Part shown: one piece after another, positions 38,800-53,143 of the stretch | Numbering within the stretch: position 1 is the stretch's first letter | How the letters are laid out: every line of letters begins with the position of its first letter | Assembly (NCBI GenBank): GCA_951406725.2 | Contig: OX597826.1 | Span: forward strand, 40,114,001-40,178,000 | Direction: 5' to 3' | Length of the DNA stretch: 64,000 nt | From: Octopus vulgaris | Lineage: Eukaryota | Program-made: the position numbers and the translations under genes | The notes under the pieces: model-generated | Seen by the model: the letters and a program-made list of their open reading frames with translations, nothing else | What the model was told of the DNA's origin: nothing | Database searches by the model: none

Positions 38800-39300
38800 T
38801 GATTGAAAACCCATACGCTTAGACTCATCCACTCTACGTGGAGCATCAGACAACTACAGATCTGTACAGCACCGGATCACAAACACCTTTCAATCCCTTG
38901 TTCCCAAGTCAGGCCCATTTCTGCCAAGATTCTCCTCTACAGAGTTTACCATAACTTGATAGGTTTGCCTCACCTTCTATGCCCACTTCTCATAAATTCT
39001 ATGGAGCTTTCCAACGCGCTCTTCGTAGGAATGTATAGTACATAACCAACCACCTTCCACTGTTTGAAAACGATGCTAGCTCCTAAGGCTCAACCCTCGT
39101 CGTGATTTCGGTCGTGATATAGTTGCACCAAGACATTAGAATTCAATGAATTCTGATAGTGACTTTCCACATCTTACAAGCGTAATGTCACCGTGGCCCT
39201 GACTATGCTTTGTAGTCAGGCGATGTTTGGTGACTTTGACAAATGAGTTGCACCATACAGATTTCATGAACAGGAAGACAGTCACTTTCTGAATTCTGTC
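38800..39300 (-). mobile_element. Decayed RTE-like LINE 3' fragment
   Basis: Resembles the RTE 3' end at 17825-18100; LYGCNSFVK..LTTKHSQGHGDIT-like remnants. Confidence 0.45.
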
Positions 39301-40599
39301 TTATGCGTATGTGTATGCATGTGTGTGTATTTGTGTGTATGTGTGTGTGTATATGGGTGGGGGTGCAATGCCTCTATTCAAATGTCGTATCGTTTTCTGT
39401 TTAAGACTCACACGCATAAGTGATTCTATTCCTTCTAGTATATCTCGTTACACCTGCATGTCTGTCTGTTCCATATATAGCTCAGGTGTATATTGCACAC
39501 AGAAGCAGTAAAAGGAAATAGCGAACAATAGTACAAACAACAGTAACCATCTGGATAGACAAGTATTCATTGAAATCGGATACACAGACACACATTGTTA
39601 GGGAAGTTATGCATCAACATCAACAATCCTCGTTTCCTTCCATTAATTATAGCAGTAATCACGTAACACTAATTATACCACGCATCAACACGGCCAACAG
39701 GACGCTGCCACAATAGAAGGGTTATTCGATTTCCTAAATGGAGAAAACTAATCTATCTCAGACGTGTAAGACAAGGATGTTTCTTGCTCATAGATGTGAT
39801 AGCATGGTCATAGCTTAAATATATTTGATGACATTTTTCCTCGATTAGGGTTGACCAGGGATTACTATAATAACGATAACAATTCTGCTAAAACACCAAC
39901 ATCCGTCCCCTATATGCCTATCAATTATCCATCGCTTATTACTGCATATTACTAGGAACAGCATCCTTCCACTAAATAAACCTAATAGTGGCTGGTCTGT
40001 GTGGTAGAAATAGCAACTAAAAATCCCTCAACATGTATTCTACCAACTTAGAGAAGGACACATTATTAATATTATCCTAGATACGCTTTATTTGAATAAA
40101 ACAAATGTAAAATGAAAATTATTCCGCATGATCACGAAATATTGGAATGCATTTTAATTATAGGTCTGCTCGATCAAAAGTTTAGCGAGTTAAACACCAG
40201 AATCATCAGCCCCTCCTCCACCACCACCATCATATGTAACAACATCACGACCATCAACACTGACATCACAACAACAATAAAACCAGCGCCAAGTACTCGA
40301 CCAGCAACACCGACGTCATCACTAAAACAACCAATATTAGCAACAGCACCACTACCATAGCAAATAAATCACATGCACACAAACTTTCCTAATTTCTCAA
40401 TTCCGATTTTAACATCATGGTGATTATTGTAACTGATGTCACTAAGGTTACCTCTATTGTTGCTGTTGTTGTCTTGTTACAGTTGCTAATATTATTACTG
40501 CTACTTCTACTGCTGCTGCTACTGCTGTTATTGTTGTTGTTGTTGGTGGTGGTGGTGTTGTTATGGTAACAATTGCTAAAACAGCTGCTTCCCATAAAA

Positions 40600-40820
40600 T
40601 ATTGTTGATAAGGAGCCGAGCTATCAGAATCGCGAGTATGCCAGACAAAATGCTTCCACTGCATTTCTTCTGACGTTACGTCCTGAGTTCAAATTCCACC
40701 GAAGCTGACTTTTCCTTTCATTCTTCCGTAGTCAATAACATAAGTATCGGTCACGTACTTGGGTCAATAGACTTTACCTCTCCCAATATGTCAGGCCTTG
40801 TGCCTATAGTAGAAAGGTTA
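40600..40820 (+). mobile_element. Family-A SINE (decayed)
   Basis: gagttcaaattccaccgaagctgacttttcctttcatt. Confidence 0.75.
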
Positions 40821-41499
40821 TGGTCATTGTTCAAGCAACTTATCTCATTAATGTTGATCTTTTTCATAATCTTTGTTGTTGTTTAGTCGAACAAATGCGA
40901 TGAAAGACAATCCAGAAATGAACACTTATTCTTTTACGGATTCCTAGTCCTCTGTTATTCCTAACAAATCGAGTGACTATATCGCAGCTACAGTTTTGGT
41001 GAGTGTTGTAGCACGTTGTCGTTGTTAAATAGCTCCAGGACAACCCTGATTATGCAGACCTGTTATTAAAGGCGTTACTACCATGACTGTTCTTCACTCA
41101 GTATTTGAGTATCCTGGACTATATCTATCCTCTATGTCCCTCACCAGTCACCACAATCAGGTATTATTTCAGGTTTCTTTGGCTGCTATCTCTAGTAACT
41201 CCAGCAACCACAAAGAGAATTGCCCGTTGATCCCTGCTCTTTCTACAGGTAGCTGTTGTGGTTGTTTTATTCATGCTTTATCGTTGTAATTGATTTGGCT
41301 TTTATTACTATTGGCATTTTATTGTTATTGGTAACCGTATTGTTGGTGTAGTTTCTGTTCTTATTGAAAATTTTATGTTTAGCGTTACTGTTTTGTTGTA
41401 GTTGTTAATGTTACATTTACTTGTGTTTATTGCCGTTTTTGTTGTTGGTGGTGGTGGCGGTGGTGTGTGGTGTTGCTGTTGTTGTAGTTATAGTTATTG

Positions 41500-41695
41500 T
41501 TACACAACCGGACAAAATGCTTAGCGGCATTTCGTCAGTCTTTATGTTCTGGGTTCAAATTCTGCCAAGATCGATTTTACCTGTTATCATTTCGGGACTG
41601 CAAAAATGGGTACCAGTTGACGACTGGTGCCGAAATAATCTAATCGACTTACACCCTTCACTGAACTTGCTCGCCTTATGCCAAATTTTAAACCA
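41500..41695 (+). mobile_element. Family-A SINE (decayed)
   Basis: ccggacaaaatgcttagcggcatttcgtc..gggttcaaattctgcc. Confidence 0.75.
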
Positions 41696-43759
41696 TTTGT
41701 ATTTTGCTGGTTACTTGTACTGTTTCTCTGACTTCTAAAATGATGCTCTTGTTAATGTTACTGTTTTTAGTGCTGTTGCTAATTTAACTGGCTGTTATAG
41801 TTGTTAGCATTGTTGTTGCTTTCGTTGTCTTTGTTGTTTTTTACTCTTGCACTTGTTGTAGTTGTTTGTGTTGCTGCTTTTGTGTTTTAATTATTTGTGT
41901 TATTGTTGTAGTTAGAGTAGTTTGCTGTTGCCTAGCAGCAGGTTACCTTTGATCAAGTAGATATATGACCAAACAGTTCTACCCATGACTGTTCCATTCA
42001 TTTTCGGACACTGTATCCAAAGCTATATATTAAACGATGTGTTCATTGTCTATGATATGTAGGTGTTCTTTGGAAGAAACTAGCTACCATTACAAGAAGT
42101 TCGAACAACTTTGTAGGAGCTCCCTCAATTTTTTCCATGTTGCGTTTCTATTTCACTGTTGTAGATTTTTCTTTGTTACTGGTCGTTATTAATTGCGTTG
42201 TTAATTTTTGCAATGTCATTGCGAAGTAATTTTCCTTTTGTATGGTGTTTGCTTATACAACGGTTGCTATTGAAGTCATTGGCTTGAGAACATACGATTG
42301 TTAATATTGCCGACGTTGTTATTTTTGTTTCTTTTACAAGTAGTATTACAGCTGCCGTGTCGTTAATGCATTCCACGTTCATTGTTTGTGTTGTTATTGC
42401 AGTGTTAATAGTGACGGTCGTGGCTATGTTATTGCAGTTGTTCATTTTATTATTGTAGCTGTTGTCATGATTTATTGTATGCTTTCACGTTACAGATATT
42501 GATTTCTTAATTTCTTACGAGGCCAACAATGTCTATAATAATAACACTTTTTGGCCACATATGGCCATATATACAAATAATAGTCATACATGGAGTTTAC
42601 AAGAGAATCATGTAACAATGGAGAGGACAAACAAGGTGAGTGGTTAGGACGATATACAATGTGCCTTATTAACAATTTTATCTCAATTAAGAATATTGAA
42701 TCAATATCAAATTATATAAAGAACACTGTTTTTACAGCGAGATATATTTTAAGGCATAAAACGTGAAACACATATTTAGTAATTCCCCCACTTGCAGGTT
42801 GCGGGAGAGAAACCTCAGACTGTCAGAGCTTACCAAGACTGATATTTTCCCTTTATTTTTCTGGTTTCAAAAATACTTGTGAACAATTTTGGGGCCAAGA
42901 CAGTCAAGGAACTTGCTACGTTTTTGATATGGTTTGTGTACATTTTCTGGGCAACATTGATTCAGAGCCTACAATTAATGTTCTATCATTGACTCATTGA
43001 CAGGCGTCACGTAATTGGAAACTATCTCATAATAAGTCTTCACTAAATTCTTCAAATGGCAATGTAGATCCATTCTGGATTCGTTTACTTTGTCTCCGAG
43101 AAAGATTGTGAATTTTACATCATTAGAAGGGATGAGCATTGTTCCACTGTTTGGAGTCTGTTGGGATGTATATTTTGGGAGTATTTTTGACATTTTTGCT
43201 GCCTGTTCTAGTGTTACCACACCATTTGCTGTCATTCAATCTCACCTTCCACATATTTTATCTTTTATAACGCCATTTCTTTTGTCTGGAACTGATTTGG
43301 ATTGTAGAATTAAAAAAGAATGGACTTCTGATATTGTTGGTGGAACACTTTTGGCGACACATTCAAATAGCATTTTCACCATTTTCCCCTTCTGTGTTAG
43401 TCAAATTATAATTATAGTATATGTTAATTTACCTTTTTAAAGTCTCTTGTATTTTCAAAATTTGGTGGAGGCTATATCTGCTACAGCAACTTTTGTAATG
43501 ACCATCAGGTGCCATTATCCGATAAGTGGTCAGGTTGAACAAAGAATAAACAAAACCACATGGTTGTTATCAAAAATATCCGAACATAACAAGAATGAAA
43601 GGAAAGCCTGATTTCGAACTTCCGATTAATGGGGCAGATGTTGGGGATAAGTAACAACAAAAATATCTTCATGGAAAATATCTTCTTAGAGACCTTTGTA
43701 GAACGTGGCACTTAAAAGCCGTCAACAACTAATTAAGGTTTCTAAAACCCTGGGATAGT

Positions 43760-44934
43760 GGGTACAAATATCTGAGCGACTTGGAGCTGGAGATAGTTCT
43801 AAATGAGAAGATGAAAGGAAGTGTGATGGAAGTATATCTAAACAGGTTAGAGTTGGTAATGACAATGAAATTGACTCGAAAGAGCCTGATAACCACTATC
43901 AAAATCTGGGTCGTGACATTATTAGATATATTCTGAATTGCACCAAATGAGCGATAGAAAAGTTAGATAGGTTAATGCTAAGGAAAATGGTTGACAATGG
44001 TGCAAATGTTATATTGCTATATGCACTGCAGAACGTAGGAGGGCGAGAACTTATAAGTGTGTAAGATTATGTCCGTAGCGAATGCAATGAAACCATTGAG
44101 AGTAAGAGAAAATTACAAACAACGGCAACTAGCTGAGAAACTGAGCACATGGTAGGATATGGAATTACATAGTCAATTCCAAAGACAAACAAAAGCAATG
44201 AAAGCAGAATATTTATATATTTATGGAATTGGCTGACAACAGAAATAAGCACTGAATTCAAATTCGATAAAGATTATGTATAACCTAGATGAAAAAATAA
44301 GTGTAGGCTATGTGAAAAAAAGGGGGAAAGTGTAGCACACATCGTGAATGCCTATCACGTGCTTGCGCAGAGAAAGTAGAAAGAGCGTCATGATGAAGTG
44401 TGCTCGCACCTCCACTGGTTTTTTTTAAAAGAAATATAGAGAAATAGTATCAGCACAAACTAGAGAAGTTCTTAGAAATAAAAGTTTGAAACTCATACGG
44501 GACTTTACAATCCAAACAGATAGAACCCTTAAACATACCAGGTTATACATAAGTTTGGTGGAGAAAGGTACTGTAAGGAGGTGTCCGTTAATCCATGTAG
44601 TTTGCCCAGAAGATCATTACATCAATTATAAAGAAAACTAGAATCATGTAAAATATGCAGAATTGGAAATAGATGCTGAGAAAATATGGAATTTGAAAAT
44701 AAGTGTAGTACCAATTGTGATTGGAGTTCTTGTATCCGTGAATAAAAGCCTCCAGAAACACCTTGACAAATTTGAGATTTTTACCAGCAGTACAACTTTG
44801 CAAAAGGCACTTTTAGGGACAGCCAATATCCTGCGGAAAGTAGTGTCAATATGAGGTTACATAACCTGATAAAAGTCGGTTAAATGATCCAGAATTCGCA
44901 AGGACATCATTGTGCATACAATGAAATAACTATT

Positions 44935-45000
<66 letters not shown>
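43760..45000 (+). mobile_element. Dong/R4-type LINE 3' portion with RLE domain and (TAA)n tail
   Basis: YKYLSDLE, CRLCEKKGESVAHIV, RHDEVCSHLHW, DFTIQTDR, VVPIVIGVL, LQKALLGTANILRKVVSI*; ends in (TAA)n 44936-45000. Confidence 0.88.
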
Positions 45001-45003
<3 letters not shown>

Positions 45004-45560
45004 GCCCTGATGCAGTACCAGGCAGTGGATCTCATGGCTTCTGATCTTAACTGATTGGAAGTGTTATCATGTATATTGTTTTGTCTTGGTATAAAAGATG
45101 GGCTACAGCAAATATTCTGCTCAATACCACAGATTTGCTTGTCAGTTGTTTGACCTTAACCAGTTGAGCATGTCCCTTAGTGGCTGACGATATGTACATC
45201 TCTGATCACGAGCAGAAGTAGTGGGGGAGCATCATAGCCATGTGTTGAGAAGGATTCTTTGGGGTTGGAATAATTCACCTCTGGAAACATGGGTGTTTCG
45301 TTCAACGTCCTTAAACAACCCTTATTCAGGGACCTTTTGAGCGGGATGGGCTACTCGATCTGAAGAAAATTCTAACTGGGCTCCACCTGCAAGGTCATGT
45401 GCTGTTTATCTTGATATGAGATCACCATGTCGCGCACATATGGTTGTGATGCATGTGTCTGGTGTACCCTTATCAGACGGGTAGTCATGATGGGTATACT
45501 GGGCTTCGTATATTTTACCCCAGTGTCACTTTGATGGCATGCTCTACTCGCTCACTCAAT
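45001..45560. mobile_element. ~560 bp non-coding repeat inserted in a (TAA)n tract (probable Dong/R4-dependent non-autonomous element)
   Basis: Complex, GC-richer block flanked on both sides by TAA repeats, no ORF. Confidence 0.5.
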
Positions 45561-45594
45561 GATAATAATAATAATAAGGAGAAGTTGAAGATGG

Positions 45595-45638
45595 AGTAGC
45601 AGTAGTAGTAGTAGTAGTAGTAATAGTAGTAGTAGTAT

Positions 45639-45686
<48 letters not shown>

Positions 45687-45775
45687 AAGAAGAAGAAGAA
45701 GAAGAAGAAGAAGAAGAAGAAGAAGAAGAAGAAGAAGAAGAAGAAGAAGAAGAAGAAGAAGATGAAGAAGAAGAC
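45595..45775. repeat. (AGT)n-(AGA)n compound microsatellite
   Basis: Seen directly. Confidence 0.97.
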
Positions 45776-46177
45776 CACAACCACGATAAATATTACTTTT
45801 AATATCACTTTTATTATACTCCCTATGAGTACATAATCCCTTTATATCTTCTAACTCTTTGAACACGGAAACAACCCACCCCTTTCATATCTAGAAAAAA
45901 TTGAAGTATCACCAAACACTTTCCAGAACTGATAAGAAACGCAGAAGATAAGCAACTGCCATTTTCACAAAGTGCGCAATTACGAAAACCTTAAAGCACA
46001 GCAAACCATCACTTAGTGGTATAAACAGAAAAAATAAACCACAACATATTAAAACAGAACAAGGTGAGTCGGTTTTCTTCAAGTTCTCCTATAGCTCTCA
46101 TCGATCGTTGTGATTGTAAATATATTTGACCTCTGCATGGGTGTGTGACCGCTTTTATGTTGAGCCCCTCACAGCAT

Positions 46178-46565
46178 CTCTTTTACTCTTTTACTTGTTT
46201 CAGTCATTTGACTGCGGCCATGCTGGAGCACCGCCTTTAGTCGAGCAAATCGACCACGGGACTTATTCTTTGTAAGCCCAGTACTTAATCTATCGGTCTC
46301 TTTTGCCGAACCGCTAAGTGACGGGGACGTAAACACACCAGCATCGGTTGTCAAGCAATGCTAGGGGGACAAACACAGGCACACACACACATACATATAT
46401 ATATACATATATACGACAGGCCTCTTTCAGTTTCCGTCTACCAAATCCACTCACAAGGCATTGGTCGGCCCAGGGCTATAGCAGAAGACACTTGCCCAAG
46501 ATGCTACGCAGTGGGACTGAACTCGGAACCATGTGGTTGGTTAGCAAGCTACTTACCACACAGCC
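46178..46565 (-). mobile_element. tRNA-derived SINE, family B
   Basis: Minus head ggctgtgtggtaag..gagttcagtcccactgcg..ttgggcaagtgtc; internal (GT)n; gtaaaaga-type tail. Confidence 0.92.
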
Positions 46566-46789
46566 TTATTTACAGACTGGTGATATCTGACTGTGTGCCC
46601 ACCAAGCTGTGTCTCTTTCTAATGCTATCCCCTCCAAATCTTACATACATATGACTATTTCAATTACAAGGCACGATCTGAAGCCAATAACATTCAATAA
46701 TACTACACAGTGGTACGAACAAAGCTAGCAGACTTAACCTTGCTGTCACTGGCACTAACTCACAAGTAACTACAATGATAATAATGGTT

Positions 46790-46995
46790 TCAAATTTTAG
46801 CACAAGGCCAGCAATTTCAGGGAGAGACAACTCGATTACGTTGACCCCAGTGTTCAACTGGTAGTTAATTTATCGACACCAAAACAAACAAAACAAAGTC
46901 GATTTCGGCGGAATTTGAACTCAGAACGTAAAGACGGACGAAATACCGATAAGCATTTTGTCCGGCGTACTAAAGATTCTGCCAGCTAGCCGCCT
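46790..46995 (-). mobile_element. Family-A SINE
   Basis: cggcggaatttgaactcagaacgtaaagacggacgaaatacc. Confidence 0.85.
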
Positions 46996-47156
46996 TAACA
47001 ACAAAAATCATAATGACTACACTGTTGTTATGTCTACAGAGAGTGGCCGCAGAGACAGAGACGGTGACAGTAGTAGTGGTAATCAACGAACGCCACGGCT
47101 GCTGTAATGGCATGGTGATTTTCATTGTAACGGCAATAATGGTGGAGGAGTTAATA

Positions 47157-47905
47157 AGGGTATTTTCTGTTCCGCGGCCACTTTTTAATGTTCTCAATTT
47201 TTGTTCCAATTAATTTCATATTTGTTGTCAACACAGTGTTGATACAGTTTTGTATGGTAATCATTGACAGGAAATACCATTTTCGCCATAAAGTCAATAA
47301 ATATAGAGGTAATAGCTTTTAAATTTGCAAATTTTGGATAATTTTAGCCAATCGAAACCCACCACATATAGTTACCTGTTTCCATAGTAACGATCCAACT
47401 GTTACTAAGCTGCTTACCCACGTGGTGATTTTCCGCTTATTAAATTTTTAACATACATGAAGTATACAGTGGTCTTGTGATGTGCTAAAAATAATAGCTA
47501 AATAGTACTTAATGATACACCAAAATATTTTTTGTGGTAGGGGTGCACAGTCGTATGAATTCCTGTGTGTAGAATATAAATTCGCAAAACTTTTCTGAAA
47601 ATTCCAAAAAATAAGAAATTTATGAGGGGTTATATGTAGTGCGTAAAGCAGAATTCTGCCAATATTTCATTTAATTACAGTTGACATCACTTGCAGTGAC
47701 ACGCAAAATGACAGCTTCCAAATCCAGTTTTCTGACTGGTTAAAAGTTATCAAATTTAAACCCCTGCAACTTTAAACAAATTGTTCTGGACAAAAGGAAT
47801 TTGCCACCGAGATTCAGCGTGGAAAATTACATCAATACACATCAATTTTAAAATTTTCACTAAACTTAAATATTTCCACATGTGCAGCCAAGCAGAAAAG
47901 ATTCA
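47157..47905. mobile_element. Possible MITE / non-autonomous DNA transposon
   Basis: Degenerate terminal inverted motif tattttctgttccgcggccac / gtgcagccaagcagaaaaga and internal inverted aaatt..gataattttagccaatc / gactggttaaaagttatcaaattt. Confidence 0.35.
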
Positions 47906-47989
47906 ATGATAATGGTAGTGATAATTAATATAGAGATTATTATAACGGTTTCAACATAAGCTACACAGGGCTCAGTAATAATAATATTA

Positions 47990-48864
47990 GTGTAGCACAA
48001 AGATGTTTTATGAAACATAAAGGAAAATTATATCTGTACGCCAAATCGCTTATCCCATGGTTAATCTGGACGTACTTGGCTCAGCCAACCTGGTGTCAAA
48101 AACTCATCTACTGGCACAAATTCTTCTCCAAATACAAACCTGGATTGCCACTTGAACGGGAACTATTATATCTGAAGCACTCTAAGTTCACCACCACAGC
48201 CACCAAAGAAGGAAAAGTGTGAGAGGATCAAATGGATCTGGGAAGAGTATAAAAAAGTGTGCATTAGGTAGTCCATCTCAAGAGAGACACACCGCAAACT
48301 CTTACAAAATATGGAGAGCATGAAATCATAACAGCAAACTTTATTTGGAAGGAAACAAGTTAGCAAATATTAGGAGAGATAGCTTTAGAAATAATACACT
48401 CAGAATGAAATAATCACGATCAAACGCAGCAGAAAACGGTCGACATATACGATAGGAAAAATAGAACCGCATGAAGAGAGTAGGTCATCACAAGTCTTCA
48501 TTGAAAGATTGTCATCTGACAAAATCACACAAAGACCTGAAGAAATAAGAAATCCTAATGAACATGAGAAATATATCCAGAAAAGTAGTAGCAAAGAAAC
48601 AGTATTTAAAGACCACATATTTGCTGAAGAATACAGAGACTTCTGATGGAAATGAAGCAGGAAATACTGAATAAACTTGCCTTTGTAACACATGCAAGTA
48701 TGAAAGAAACATAGAGAATCACTCCTTAAGCTCCCAAATACAAAATAAAATAAATAAAAATAAAAATTGGCACCTCTGCAGCAAAAAATCATACAGAAAT
48801 TAAAACCTGATCTTACTGAGCTAAATGAAATTATTTACGCATTTGCTTAAACAAAACAAACAAA

Positions 48865-48937
<73 letters not shown>

Positions 48938-51390
48938 GCACACACACATATATATATATATACCTGGAAAGAAGACCGAACTGGAGAAGTAATACTGAAA
49001 AAAGAAGGAATTAATGAGGGAAAATATGAAGTAAACTAATCAAGTAAATTAATCTGTGGAAAAGATGTAAGACGCAGAGGAAGAAGGAAAATGAAGAGAA
49101 CATTTGAATTGTCATCAATAGAAACATTGAAACGAAATGTTCAAACAAAAGTTCAATGAATTTGAAGATCTGAGAAAAGAAACAAATTTTACAAGCAAAA
49201 TTAGCTGTTCACATCCTATGCCAAAACATTTACCCGAGAAATAAGGAAGGAGAAAATAACTGTTGAAGATCTCTCCATTCATAAAAGAAGTTGAAGACAT
49301 TTGAAAGTAGAATTGAAGCAGCGAAAAGACATACAATGAAAATACATATGGGATTAGACGCAAAAAAGGATCCAACCAAAATTTACAAGATCAATCATGA
49401 TAATAGCGGACCTAAGGATGATACTCACGAAGTCTCATAAGTGGAAATCCCCCTGTAAACATAGGGTGTCAAATTTCTGTCCCCCGTGCGCACTCATAAA
49501 GTTAGTTCAGCGGTTCAAATAAATTATGAGAGAGTCTAAGAAAACGTCTGACTGGTTAACAAGTGATATTACTTACTTACTCCTAAAGAATAATGAAACC
49601 AATTTTCCGAAAAGCTATTGGCCCATAACCAATTTATCTACCACTTATAAAATTCTATCATCTTTACTGGTGAAAAGAAACATATGCATTTATGGAATAG
49701 AACGATATTTTCGCTACTGAACAAAAAAGAGTGCTGAGGAGTATCATATGGATTCAAAAATCAACTTGTATTTAATCGCATGATCCTTAACAGCTGTCAT
49801 AAGCGCAGAAATCTCAGTTCCGGAGGCATTGATTACAAAAAGGCCTTTGAAAGTATACCGCTTTCATGATTTTGAAATCACCAAACATCTGCAAAATTTC
49901 CCCTGTAATGTAAAACATTCTCAAACATGATATGTCAATTTTGTACACGAATCACTAATTATATCCTTTTAATAGAGTACAGGCTTCAAACAATATTAAC
50001 ATTAACTGTGTCAGTTTCACCTTTAATTTTTTGCATAGCCTAGTACCCCTTACTAGTGAACTTTACCAAACAACTATGGGTATAAAATGTGCAGCAAAAA
50101 AATAAGCCATCTATTTTATATGGATGACTTAAAATTCTATGGAATAGATAATGATTAGCTTGAAGACATATTACTTACTATGAGAGCATTCAGTGACGTT
50201 ATCGAGATGGAACAAAATTATACATAGGCGCAGGCGTGGTTGTGTAGTTAGAAGTTTGCCTCCAAACCGCATGGTTAAGGGCTCAGTCCCACTGTGTGAC
50301 ACCTTAGGCAAGTATCTTCAACTATAGCCTCGAGCCAACCAAAGCATTGTGGGTGAATTTGGTTGACGGAAGCTGAAACAAGCCCGTCGTATAGATACAA
50401 TGTTGACGTGTTTACGTCCTCGTAACATACAGGTCTGGCAAAAGAGACCGATAGAATAAGTATTAGGCTTACAAAGAATAAGTCCTGGGATCGATTTGTT
50501 GACCTAAACCCCCTTAAGGTTGTGCTCCAGCATGACTGCACTCAAGTGGCTGAAACGAATAAAAGAATATCTATAAATAAATGAAGATTCTGATGTCCAG
50601 CATTCAAGCCTGAAAGAGAACATTGGGAAAGGATGTTAAAGGAGAGTTCAAGAAGTCATGAAAACTGAGCTAAAAGCACATAAGGTGTTAGCCATAAATT
50701 CCTTAGCAGTTCCAGTTGCGATTTATAGCATCAATGTGTTGAACTAGAATACCAGTGAAATAAAGGAAGTTAACAGGAAAATATGTTAATTGCCGATGCG
50801 TGATACACAGGTTGAACAGTATGAAGGAAGTGCGGTGGAAGCAGAAACCTCTGCATGGCAAATCTGTGGCCCGTAGCAAACAAGTTGATATTGACTGGAA
50901 GCACGCTCATCAGTAGCTACGGGGCTCATGGCTAAAGCATAGAGCGAAGGCTGCTGAAAATCAAAGCTTATTGACCCAGAACTATCGAGCTGATGTGACG
51001 AATAACAGAGTAGATTCAAAGTGCCGACCTTGCAATGATGAGATTGAAACAATAGACAATCACTGGAGGTTAAGCTTTAACACCAGTCAAGTATAAATCA
51101 AGACAATATAGAATTGGCCAATATCTACATTTTAAAATGTCGGCGTTATAGAATCAAAATTGTTGACGAGAGGTATAAGCGCCGCCCTGTTGCTGCAACT
51201 GAGGGAGAAAATGTAGTGATTCTTTGCGACTTTCCAATACACATAGATAAAACCATCAAAGCTAATAAACCGGAAATTGTGGTAAAAGACGACAGCAATA
51301 AAATCTGTTTATTGAATCGACATTGGCATATATTGTGATCATAATATCTCGCAAAATATTTTGACAAGCCCTAAAAATATAAAGATTTGC
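47990..51390 (+). mobile_element. Near full-length, heavily decayed Dong/R4-type LINE
   Basis: WKSP, SYWPITNLSTTYKIL, IDYKKAFESIP, SHLFYMDDLKFY, AINSLAVPV, RFKVPTLQ (decayed CCHC), ILCDFPIHIDKTIKANKPEIVV (RLE); interrupted by SINE 50225-50570. Confidence 0.85.
50225..50570 (+). mobile_element. Family-B SINE nested in Dong/R4 LINE
   Basis: ggcgcaggcgtggttgtgtag..cagtcccactgtg..gtgctccagcatg. Confidence 0.88.
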
Positions 51391-51394
51391 TCAG

Positions 51395-53143
51395 GTAGGT
51401 GCTGTACTCCTACACAAATGTGAAGATGGTAGCCAAAAGGCCCTAGAGTACGCGCCAAGGATGCTACTACTAGCGGAAAAATATATAGCTAAATTGAAAA
51501 AGAGACATTAGCGATTATGTTTGGCATAAAAATGTTCCACAGGCTTAAACATGGTTGAGGGTTTAGACGACAAACAGACCATCGCCCGTTGCTAACGATT
51601 ATTGGACAAGAAGGGATTCCCATACATACAGCAAACAGTTTGCAGCGATGGGGCACCATACTACTATACTACTCAATGGAATATTTACCTTCGAAAAAGC
51701 TAGTACATGCTGACGGCCTATCCCGGTTAATATCCAGAAATGGTGAACCATTCGGGGACACAGTAATAGCAGTCCTAAGAGCCGAAGAGGAAATTAAACA
51801 GCTAGTGTGGAATATAGTACGAGAGTTACCAATATCTCTGGAGGAGATAAAACGACACGCGTTAAAAGGTAAGTTCATTAATGATAGAAATTGAAAAAAA
51901 AATGTGGACAACTAAAGAAAACAAATATATGTTCGGTAAGAAAAAAACAGTGAGAAGTAAACATATATTCAACATGCGACGGCGTACTGATGTATGGCGA
52001 AAGGGTAGTGATACATGAGAATTTTTAAAGAAGAATGTTATAAGAATTCCATAGTGAACATCCGTGGATCGCAAGGATGAAAGCGCTTATATGCAGTTAT
52101 GTGTATTGGCCGAAGATGGACAAGGAAGTAGAAAACGTAGAATAAGGTTGAAGAGTATTGGCTCTGGCAGCGAAATTGCCAACTCAAAATTGGGACCCTT
52201 GGCCAGAAGTAAATGGTCCATGGTCAAGACTACATTTCGATTTTGCAGATCTATTAAATGTTTGTTATTATTTAGTGGTAATTGACAGCTTTACAAAATG
52301 GCCGGATATTGTTAAGTGCAAAAGACCAACTTCCGAAAGAATAATAAATATTTTTACGAATTATTCGCAAGATTTGTCATTCCAAACATGATTGTATGAA
52401 AACAATTAGTGTCCAGTGAATTTTAAAAATTCTGCGAAATGTTCACGGTAGACATTAAGCGATAGCACTTTACTATCTCAGTTCATATGGATAGGCAGAG
52501 CGTTTTGCGGACATTTTGAAAAGAGCTTTCAGAAAAGCAAACAAGGAAATCACAGACGAAGTCGTTTTGCAGCAATTCCTAAGGGTATACAGGGTCACAC
52601 CCAACCCCAATAAACTAGTAGGTAGCTCACAAGCAGAACCGATGTTCGTGAGCGAAGAAGGTAAAGTAAGTTGTTTTCTTTAATAAACTGTTGCCTAGCG
52701 AGGAATGAAAAAGTACCTGGAAAGACAATCCAAAATTTTTCAAAATTTGTGATTAGGTGTACATGAGGTCGTATAAAAACGGAAAACAGTACTGGGAAGA
52801 AAGCAAAATTACAAAGTACCTAGGAAAAATGATGTACGGGATAAAAAGCAAAAAAGCTATTGAAAATGACAGAGAGAAACCAATTGAAGGGAAGATACAA
52901 AGAAAATGAACCAGACAGGTTAGAAGAACTTATGAAATGGCTGTATGACACATTCCAGGAACCAACACCATTACAAGTGGTTGAACAAACACGTACAAGT
53001 GGAAGAAAAAGGAAGAACATAGAGTTTCTACAAATAGACGCCAAAAAGAAAACATACAAAGATGGAAAACAAAACGCTAAAAATGGTGATTAAAGTAAAA
53101 TAAAATTACTAGCTTTCCCCTAAAAAAAAACTAAAATGGGAGA
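51395..53143 (+). mobile_element. Ty3/Gypsy (Mag-like) pol 3' half: RNase H and integrase, decayed
   Basis: IEKETLAIMFGIK, TDHRPLL, LQRWGTIL, HADGLSRL, PWSRLHFDFA, LVVIDSFTKWPD, AERFADILK; PPT aaaatgggaga 53133-53143. Confidence 0.9.
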
